DNA of 64,000 nucleotides. Origin: Octopus vulgaris. Its lineage: Eukaryota. The position numbers were made by a program, and so were the translations under genes. The notes beneath the pieces were generated by a model. It searched no databases. It was not told where the DNA came from and was given only the letters and a program-made list of their open reading frames with translations. The stretch lies in the NCBI GenBank assembly GCA_951406725.2, contig OX597816.1:3906001-3970000 (forward strand), in the 5' to 3' direction. Of this stretch, positions 54,211 through 64,000 are shown in pieces; positions within the stretch are counted from its first letter, which is position 1, and each line of letters opens with the position of its first letter.

Positions 54211-56909
54211 AATGCACGCAGGTAACTTAATTTGTTAATTTGTAATGAATGTCGAAATCAGCAGATCTACTGCATCATATTTCTAGAATTGGCAATTGAA
54301 CAGCGCTGGACTCCACATAATGTGTGTGTGCGAGTGTGTGTGCGCGCGTGCATGGTGTATGTATATGTATACGTAGGTAAGCTTGAGTACTGTATATGTG
54401 TATATGCGTGCGCTATGGCTTTGTTGTGTTATCAGTCGCTATTGTTTTTGTGATTTTTGTGATAATTTTCATTTTCTTTTTCTTTTTTTTTAATATTTTT
54501 CTTTCTTATCTTTTATTGCCAGGAATAGACGAATATTAATTATCGTCATTTTTCTTAAGAATTCATCATGAACATTGTCCATCTTATCCTGCCAATCACC
54601 ACACCCATATACAGAATATCTGTCACACATATGTATTGAACTTTGTAATACTGAGCCGAAGTTGCGTGATGAACCAGGAATCCCCCATAAGTCGGATTAG
54701 CTTAGCGACACAGAGTAATCTTTGCACGATATTACACCACACACACACACACATGCATACACATATGTATGCTTGTATGGATGTACGTGTGTCTGTATAT
54801 GTGAGTATATGTGCGTGTGTGTGTGTGTTTACGCCAACACATCCATGGACACCTCACACACAAAGCTATATTTTCTTGCATGTTATAACCATTGTATGTG
54901 AAGTCTACATCTCATTTTATTAATGAGCTATAACACTAGCTGTTTTATTAATTTACTGCCAAATAACTTAATAATAAGCTCGCTGTTAATTGTATTCAGA
55001 AATATGCAAAACAGACCTAAACCGGGTAACAAGGTGCATTTCTAACAAATTGATCGCAATAGCTGAACCGGAAGAGTAGCCATGCTTACAGAATGAAGTT
55101 ATTGAATTATTGAAGTCGATTGTTGTAGTGCGGTGTAGAGCAGCATTTAGTTTAGTGAACCTGTTCGGAGTGTTGGCTTTAATGCTAGTATCTTCAACCA
55201 ATTAATTTTGTTCTGGTCACTAATCCCCCGATAAAAGGCATTCACATCAATACAATACCATGAACAGAAATATCACGACATACAAACTATTCAATTGTTA
55301 ATTTGTCCCGGTTCTAATCATCCAGGCTTCAGTCGACTGTGGTAATCAAATAGATATAAAACGAACCACTCTGCGTCGATTTTCCAATCGTTTTGTCAAG
55401 CTTACTGTGGCTTAGACATCGCTATTCACGAAGAATATTTTCAAGGCTATCGATTGTAATCTGTGAGGGATCTGGACTGTATTTCCTGTAAGTAGGTCGC
55501 CACATAGAGGGTCCTTAGAGTCTTGTTCAATTGTACAAGGAGTTGATTAAGTCGATTGTTTTAACGAGAACTCCATTTTGTTAATTGGTAGCTTTAACCT
55601 GGTCTTCGTTTGAATGTGAGATCGGTTCTTTGCGGTATTTGGTCGTAGTGAGACGTTTGGGAGCATGGTAGGGCCTGTTCGGGTGACGGTACTTTTTGGC
55701 GCTGGAGGCACACACATGCGCGTGGGAGAGTAGAAATGAATGCTAACAAAGCGTAAGAGAAAGAAGGAGAGAGGTGGGAGAGAGAAGGGAGGGAAACAGA
55801 GGCGAAGAGAGAATTTAATTTATTAACTGAATACGGTTGATATAAACACTTTCCCTCTCCTCATACACATAGTGAAATATGGTCACACGTAAATAAAGAG
55901 ATGATAGCGAGAGAGAGAGAGAAAGAGAGAAAAGAGAGACGGGGATAAGAGAGAGAGAGAAAGGGAGATGAGGGAGAAAGGAAGATAAGAGAGAAGGGGA
56001 GAGTGAAAGTGAGAGCGAGAGAGAGATAGAAAGCAAAACGTTTAAACATCTGATGTCCAATGCGTCGGTGTCGAGTCTGCGACGCCAAATATATAGTGTC
56101 AAAGCAGCTGTGGCAAAATGTCTCACACCCATATTTTTGGTTTCTTCTTTATCAATTCAAAACATTTCACACTATTCAGTTTTTTCCTCTTCCCTTGTTG
56201 AATGAAATAAAATACCATAATATACTGTGTAGGTATAACACGTCTGTTCACAAAAATAACCTCGTATGTAAGGAAGTCAGTGTTTTAACACAGAGCAAGT
56301 GGAGGACAAAATATTCTTTCAAAGCCCGAAATTTATATCGAAAAAACAAAACAAAAATAAAACAAAGCAAAAAGCAAAACGAAATGTCATATTTGCCATA
56401 AACCCCCAAATCCCTGTTTTTAACCTCGCGGTTGTGTGTAAACAAAGTTAGTTTCTAGAATTTATTTAAATACTTTGTAAAGTGTCACTTTGGTTGGGGT
56501 GTAACAAATAACATAGATATGATTTGTAACTATAACAATAATATCCCACTGATCTATATCAATATTGGTTAGTGGTCTCAGCAAATGTTATTTGCTCTAT
56601 ACTATTGATCACACAATAAACTATTGCCTCCACAAAGGAAACTACATTAAGGATAGGCAACAAAGTACTAAGTAGCTCTAAATGTACTAAATTAAAACGA
56701 AAGCAAAGTTGAGATTTAATATTGGTACAAATAGTCTTTGACTGTCAGATCATCCTTTGCCTGATTCTTTCTAAAATACCAATGTAGTACAATCAGCAAA
56801 GACTCTGTTGAATGAATATCGAATATGGGATTCACTTCATAAGTTGTTTCAAAGCCCGCACATTATATCTAAAAAAGAAAAAAAGAAATGTCTTATTTTA
56901 AATAAACCA

Positions 56910-57230
56910 AAATCGGTTACAACGACGATGGTTTCCTGTTAATCTGATCAACGAAACAGCCTGCTCATGAAATTAACGTGCAAGTGGCTGCGTACTCCAC
57001 AGACATGTATACCTTAATGTAGTTCTCAGAGAGATTCAGCATGACACAGAATGCGACAAGATTGGCTCTTTTGAAATACAATTACAACTAAGTTTTGCCA
57101 GCTGAGTCCACTCTGGAGTAACGTGAAATAAGGTATTTTGCTCATGAACATAGCGCACTGCCAGAAATCGAACTTAAGACTTCACGGCCGTGACCCGAAA
57201 ACCTTTATTACTAAGCCATGGGCTTTCACA
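56910..57230 (-). mobile_element. SINE family B (diverged, near full length)
   Basis: Minus-strand head TGGCTTAGTAATAAAGG..AGTTCGATTTC; body matches 1290-1535; related head fragment at 33582-33690. Confidence 0.7.
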
Positions 57231-57859
57231 CTCATAAGTAGTCGTTTGAAAATGACGTCATAATCGATTTATGAGGTATGGTATTACCAAAATTTACTCA
57301 GTTCGCGTAAAAGTTAGTCTCGACGACGAGAATGGAAAGAAACAGCGAATCATGTGGGGGTGGGGTTATACTCACCTATGAGATGAAAGATACTCCTGGG
57401 ATGTTCTGATCAAAACTTCTGCAAAATATAAACACGAATAGATATAATGATCTAGAACAAGAGAAACGCAAACGAGCAAAGTATTAGAAGTATGGTCATC
57501 CAGTGGCAGACGTTAACAATTTGATCAAGTTTAATAAAAAGACATATTAAGAAAACTAATAAGATGTATGTAGAGACTAAATCCGGGTGATTTAGATTTA
57601 TAATTTGGGATTATCGAGTCAATTGATTGTGAAATGAACTTCTTCAATGTAGCGCTTTAAAGGCTTTGTTTCAGAAAGTGAGAACAGTTGCGATGAATTA
57701 GAGAATTATGGCTATAATCCATTCCTGGATCTGTACAAATATGGGAAATAGTCTATAATATAGCCTGTCGCTTGTCTTGTTTACTTATATGTACAGATGC
57801 GCGAGTAAGTGTATATATGCACACATACTTGACACACTCAGTCACATATGTCCCAGCTG

Positions 57860-57931
57860 TCCTCGGTAGTATAGTGGTAAGTATCCCCGCCTGTCACGCG
57901 GGAGACCGGGGTTCGATTCCCCGCCGAGGAG
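57860..57931 (+). tRNA. trnD-GTC: tRNA-Asp(GTC)
   Basis: TCCTCGGTAGTATAGTGGTAAGTATCCCCGCCTGTCACGCGGGAGACCGGGGTTCGATTCCCCGCCGAGGAG; perfect 7-bp acceptor stem, GTC anticodon, intact A/B boxes, G discriminator. Confidence 0.97.
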
Positions 57932-57944
57932 GCATCTCAATTAT

Positions 57945-58365
57945 AGGCGCAGGAGTGGCCCTGTGGTAAGTAGCTTGTTTACCAATCACATGGTTCCGGG
58001 TTCAGTCCCACTGCGTGGCATCTTGGGCAAGTGTCTTCTGTTATAGCCTCGGGCTGACCAAAGCCTTGTGAGTGGATTTGGTAGATGGAAACTGAAAGAA
58101 GCCCGTCGCATATATGTGTATATATATATATATATATATGCCTGTGTGTGATTGTGTGTGTGTGTGTCTGTCCCACTAGCATTGCTTGACAATCGATGCT
58201 GGTGTGTTTATGTCCCCGTTACTTAGTGGTTCGGCAAAAGAGACCGATAGAATAAGTACTGGGCTTACAAAAGAATAGGCCCTGGGGTCGAGTTGCTCGA
58301 TTAAAGGCGGTGCTCCAGCATGGCCGCAGTCAAATGACTGAAACAAGTAAAAGAGTAAAAGAGTA
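57945..58365 (+). mobile_element. SINE A (full length)
   Basis: Starts 13 nt after the tRNA; tail abuts the mariner TIR. Confidence 0.92.
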
Positions 58366-58367
58366 TA

Positions 58368-59244
58368 TGTAGTCTGATCAATAAATATCCGGACTTTAGC
58401 TATTGTAACGAAACGGAAGCACGCAGAGTAAAGCCACTTGACACAGATTGACCTTGACCTCTGCTGTGAGTGTGCACTAAGTTTCAACGTTCTAGCTTTC
58501 TTCTGCTGTTTACAACAGTGCTGAGAAGGAAGGTGTGTAGCGTGTGACTGTCGCATTGACCATGACAGAGAAAGTTGTTATGGGGATACCTGCTCAGTGG
58601 AATACTCATAGTTACAGAAAGTGTATGGAAAGGAGTGTATGATCCGCACACAAGTGTACGAGTAGTTCAGACGTATCCAAGATGGCCGATATTGACAAAT
58701 GTTCTGGGAGACCCCCCAACCTGCAGAACCGAGAAGAAAGTGCAGAAAGATGTACGTGCAGCTGCGAGGGGAAATCGTCAAATCACTATCAGTGAGTTAT
58801 CAGAGTATGTGAAGGTTCGTTACGGTTCAGTTCAATCCATTATCACTGAAGATTTAGATATGAGACGCCTGTCTGCCAAGTTTGCGTCAAAACTGCTTTC
58901 AGCTGACCAAAAAGACACTGGGGTTTCAGTTGCACAAAATTTCCTTAGTTGTATCTAGAACGATGAAATCTTTTTTGAAAACTTCGCGTTGGCCTCTGAG
59001 CAGATATCAGCAAGCGTTTGGTTAAATTTGATGCATATTCTCTGCTCAGCTTTCTGTCAAAGTCAATGCAGCGATCACACGCTACACACCTTCCTTCCAA
59101 GCACTGCTGTAAACAGCGGAAGTGAGCTAAAATGTCAAAACTGCGCATGCACAGCAGAGTTTAAGATCAACTTTTGACAAGTGGCTTTACTCTGCGTGCT
59201 TTGTTACTATACCAATAATCCGGATACGTATTGATCAGACCACG
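58368..59244 (+). mobile_element. Mariner-derived non-autonomous element
   Basis: TA|TGTAGTCTGATCAATAAATATCCGGA ... TCCGGATACGTATTGATCAGACCACG|TA; transposase HTH remnant NRQITISELSE..YGSVQSIITEDLDMRRLSAKF..LLSADQK. Confidence 0.9.
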
Positions 59245-59324
59245 TATATGCAAGGCACACACTCATAAATACTCGTCTGGTTCCTTCCTTCCTTCTTTTC
59301 TTCCTTCATACTTACCTACCTATC

Positions 59325-59358
<34 letters not shown>

Positions 59359-59778
59359 CATATACACACACATAGGCATATACATTTATATCTATGTTCT
59401 TAAATACACAACCACACATGCACTCAGGCTTCTACACGCGGTGCATCAATGTTTGTTTTTATTATAACTACGAGATACGATTCGAAATGATAATAGTAAG
59501 GAAATTGGAAGACAACGCGCAGACATCTAAGCGATATTCTAAGAGTGCTAGAAAAGTAGTTTGCCACTAGAAATTCCTATGATTTAGCTGAAGCTATCGA
59601 TCGTTTGTACAGTTCGAATATTCTCTTGAAGAAGTGTTTGTGAAAATCTTTGAACTTTATTCTATAATCTCTGTCTGATGTTCCCGAATATAAACGCATA
59701 CACACGTACATGTGAACATTGAGCGCCTCCATAGTCGCAGACATACGTATTTACACATCTGACTGTAAGTATGGATAT

Positions 59779-60000
59779 GCATAAGACGTCATAAAATGCA
59801 TAAAAAGCATAAGACGTCATAAAATGCATAAAAAGCATAAGACGTCATAAAATGCATTAAAAAGCATAAGACGTCATAAAATGCATTAAAAAGCATAAGA
59901 CGTCATAAAATGCAGAAAAGGCATAAGACTTCATAAAATGCATAAAAAAGGCATTAGACGTCAGGAAATGCATAGGATGTAATAAAAAGCATAAAAAGCA
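59779..60000. repeat. 28-29-bp minisatellite, about 7-8 units
   Basis: GCATAAGACGTCATAAAATGCATAAAAA repeated, decaying rightwards. Confidence 0.92.
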
Positions 60001-61076
60001 TCCGCTTCTTCAAGGATCACTACTTAGAGAAGGGCACTTATTGCCTTATATTCCTGTTAGGTATTTAGGTACTTATAGATAGGTACGTGTGTGTGTGTAC
60101 GTGTGTATGTATATATATATGTGTATATGTATGTGTATATGTATATACACATATACAGTCACTAGACTGTATATATATATATAGATATAGAGAGAGAGAG
60201 AGAGGGAGAGAGATGCAGTACGGAATTTTGTCAGTGAGCAGGTCGCGGTCTCAAAGCGCCGAAAATATTTTGGCAAATAAAATTTAAATGTTCAAGTGAA
60301 TCTAACGGTTTTTGTGTGTTTCGTAAATGGCATATAAACACCTTCCACGCCGCAATTGGTTATATATATATGTGTGTGTGTGTCTCTGTGTGTGTGTGTG
60401 TTTTATACGATCACCTCATATACATAAACCACGCTACTAATAGTTTCACTTACTCAAGTACGTTCATCATCCGTGGACTATTCTACCGAACTAAGCAGTT
60501 CTGTCTCAAGGTATCGAAATCACAGTGAGCAATAGCAGAGAGCTACTGAAGGGAATCTTTTGTTTGTTTTGATAAGTTGACTTTTCCTTTCTGCTCTGTT
60601 CACGTTCGTTGTTTGTATAGCTCCAAATGGCTGATGGTGTATCTGCCATTAAAGAGGCGAAATATCACCGAAACAACGGGTCTGTTAGTCAGCTCAGTCA
60701 CTTGGTCCTCGGGTCGATGAGCTTTTTACGTATAATTATTTACACAGAGAAAAATATTTTCACGGATACGAATACTCGCAGCGAATCCCTTTCACGCTGT
60801 AGCAATACTGGTGACAGTTGAAAAAAAACCTGCACAAATATATTGTAACCCTAGAGATTTTGTGTGCATCTTCGTACATACATGTATATATGCACTTATT
60901 AATCCGAGGGGAGGCCATGTGAGCAGCAACTAAAAGAACATTTCAAAATCCACAGAAACATCAAACACATACATATATTCATATTGATTTATATCTACAG
61001 AACAGATATAAAATCCGACGTTTAAAAATATAATAATATATAAATATATAAACATCATATAAAAATATATATATAT

Positions 61077-61242
61077 AGGCGCAGGAGTGGCTGTGTGGTA
61101 AGTAGCTTGCTTACCAACCACATGGTTCCGGGTTCAGTCCCACTGCGTGGCATCTTGGGCACGTGTCTTCTACTATAACCTCGGACCGACCAATGCCTTG
61201 TGAGTGGATTTGGTAGACGGAAACTGAAAGACGCCTGTCGTA

Positions 61243-61279
<37 letters not shown>

Positions 61280-61499
61280 ATATGTTTGTGCGTCTGTGTT
61301 TGTCCCCCCACCATCGCTTGACAACCGATGGTGGTGTGTTTACGTCGCCGTCACTTAGCGGTTCGGAAAAAAGAGACCGATAGAATAAGTACTGGGCTTA
61401 CAAAGAATAAGTCCCGGGGTCGATTTGCTCGACTAAAGGTGGTGCTCCAGCATGGCCGCAGTCAAATGATTTAAACAAGTAAAAGAGTAAAATAGAGTA
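61077..61499 (+). mobile_element. SINE A (full length)
   Basis: Colinear with family A. Confidence 0.92.
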
Positions 61500-61694
61500 T
61501 AAGAGACTCAGTGTTGCATTGAATTTACGTTTAAAATCATACAATATTTGGTAAAAATTTGTTAAATTAAAAATTTGTTAAATTAAAAATTTGGGCTAAT
61601 AAAATGTATATTGACATATTAGAATGACGTATTAAAACTCCAGGGAAAATACACAAAAGATAAATGTACAAAATTACAAAAATACAAAATTGTT

Positions 61695-61772
61695 CATCTA
61701 ACGTTTCGGAGACGCGCCAATTAATATGAAACATATCAAAGATTTGAAATTGTCACTCCCCTCGTCAGGATG
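61695..61772 (-). ncRNA. Hammerhead ribozyme motif with extended stem II
   Basis: Minus strand: CATC-CTGACGA-GGGG..(~45 nt)..CTCC-GAAAC-GTTA-GATG; intact core, perfect stem I. Confidence 0.7.
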
Positions 61773-62706
61773 TGTTTTACACACAACACATAATACACAG
61801 CGACAAATGCACAATTACGTACCAGCCATATGCGAGAGAACAGACATTACATACTCCCCCCCCCCACCAAAAAAATTCACGTAGATACTCATTTGAGCAC
61901 TACAATTCCAGTCTGTTATATATTTTGAGTGTTGTTGTCACTAGCGATCTCAAGATATAACTTTGTATTTTGTAAAGTATATATCCACATATATATGCTT
62001 ACACAGACACACACATACATTAGGGTCCGGGAAGTGTCATGGGCAAACTCTTTTAACTTTTTGCTTAGGCCGAGCCCACAGCAATATCATATCTCCAACT
62101 TTGATTTCTCCTTAGCCCTCACGTCGAACAGTTGTTAATGTTTATTTCAGTTGGGTCGCGCCCTTCCAATTGCTATAGATTTGTAATGCATCTTACGGCT
62201 GCGCCTGTCACCTGGATGGTGAGAACTCCTACATTGGGAGTGGTAACGACTAGGGTACTGTAGCTGACTGCTTATTGTGATCATTCGTCTTCTGGCTTCC
62301 TGTAGCTTTGCTCTCTTTTACAAACCCAGTGAACATATATTTCCTATTTCAAAGAAATTCAGACAATAGATATAAGACCCAAGTTAAAAAATTCTCAACA
62401 ATTCAACTTCTCTGGTTGACAATAAGATGCCCACCCCCAACAGGGGCCTTAACTCTCACATTTCAGAGCTCCATGACCTTAATTTTTCAGGAGCAAAATC
62501 GTTTTAACAGGTTCAATAAGACTGGAATTTTGGAATCTGCGCATAAAAATCAGTAGTATGGGATACATGTGGCACGATTACAATTTTATTTGGGTGTGTA
62601 AAGAGGAAAATAGCTCTCATCTGTAATTTTGATGAAATTCGAAACAGATATTCCAGTTTATTACAGAAAATATAACAGAAAAGGTTAATTTATCAATTGC
62701 ATGTAA

Positions 62707-62734
62707 CACGGGCAACGCCGGGTATCTCTGCTAG
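62707..62734 (+). mobile_element. Helitron 3' terminus
   Basis: CACGGGCAACGCCGGG-TATCTCTG-CTAG|T, like the 35421 terminus; 5' end not identified. Confidence 0.7.
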
Positions 62735-62735
62735 T

Positions 62736-64000
62736 GATCGATAAAATGACTTAGCGTGTCACCAACCGTGATCAATAAAATGACATAGAGGTTTGCTAAA
62801 TGAGATTGATAACATGACTTAGTGGTTCGACAAACGAGTTCGATACAATGACTTAGGGCTTCACCAAACATGTTCGATAAAATGAGGTAGCGGTTCGCCA
62901 AAAAGATCGATAAAATGAGGTAGCGTTTCGCCAAACATAAACGAGAAAATGACTTAGCGGTTCGCATACGAGATCGATAAAATGCCATAGCGTTTCGCCA
63001 GACGAGATCGATAAAATGTCCTAGCGGCCCGCCAAACAAAATTGAGAAAATGAAGTAGCGGTTCGCCAAACGGGTGCGATAAAATGACTTAGCGGTTCAG
63101 CAAACGAGATCGATGAAATGACTAAGCTGTTCGCCAGACGAGGTCGATAAAATGACACAGCGGTTTGCCGAAAGAGATCGATAAATTGACGGAGCGTTCG
63201 CGAAACGGGATCGATAAAATGACCTATCAGTTCGACAAAAGATATCGATAAAATGACATAGTGCTTCGCCAAACGAGATCGATAAATTGACGTAGCGGTT
63301 CGCCAAACGAAATCGATAAAATGACTTAGCAAATCGCAAAACGAGATCGATAAAATGACTTAGCGGTTCGGCAAGCGAGTTCGATGAAATGACTTAGCAG
63401 TTCGCCAAAAAGATCGATAAAATGATGTAGCGGTTCGCCAGACGGGATCGATAAAGTGACTAACCGGCTCGGCAAACGAGATCGATTAAATGACGTAGCG
63501 CTTGCAAAATGATATCGATAAAATGATCTAGAGGTTCGCCAAACGAGATCGATAAAACGACGTAGCGTTCGCGAAACGAGATCAATAAAATGACTTATTG
63601 ATTCACCAGACGCGATCGATAAAATGAGTTAGCAGTTCGCCAAAAAGATCTTTAAAATGACCTAGCGTTTCGCAAGACGAGATCGATAAAATGACTTAGC
63701 GCTTCGGCATACGAGTTCGATGAAATGACCTAGTAGTTCACCAGACAAGATCGATAAAATGACTTAACGTTTCACCAATCAAGATAGATAAAATGACTTA
63801 GCAGTTCGCCAGACGAGATCGATAAAGTGACTTAGCGGGTCGGCAAGCGAGATGGATGAAATGACTTAGCGGTTCGCCAAACAAGTTCGATAAAATGATT
63901 TAGCAGTTCGCCGCCAAACGAGATCGATAAAATGACTTAGCAGTTCGCTAAACGAGAACAATAAAATGAATTAGCGGTTCTACAGACAAGATCGATAAAA
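62736..64000. repeat. 34-bp tandem satellite (about 37 diverged units, runs off the window)
   Basis: Consensus GATCGATAAAATGACTTAGCGGTTCGCCAAACGA. Confidence 0.95.

Noticed and set aside
62736-64000. CRISPR-like array
   Set aside because: Contiguous diverged 34-bp monomers with no unique spacers and no cas genes, in a eukaryotic context; it is a satellite.

Overview
AT-rich, repeat-saturated animal genomic DNA. It is not prokaryotic, and the SINE and microsatellite landscape suggests an octopus or other coleoid cephalopod (inference). I recognise no intact host protein-coding gene; almost all listed ORFs are microsatellite or SINE artefacts. Contents: (1) a near-complete but disabled Penelope-like element (PLE; RT + GIY-YIG, 9.06-11.16 kb) and a rearranged remnant of a second PLE (29.4-30.5 kb); (2) R4/Dong-clade RLE-LINE fragments nested in (TAA)n arrays (15.9-21.5 kb); (3) three tRNA-derived SINE families, one with a Nin-like domain; (4) a non-autonomous Helitron, a second Helitron 3' end, and a mariner derivative; (5) an intact tRNA-Asp(GTC); (6) a 34-bp satellite matching an internal SINE segment. 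Most notable: about 16 minimal type-I hammerhead-ribozyme (HHR) motifs, several with atypical cores, in short (TA)n-associated elements, plus long fold-back elements with shared motifs. In two fold-backs the inverted arm starts at the predicted ribozyme cleavage site. All alignments and folds were done by eye; boundaries are approximate unless a TSD or TIR is cited.
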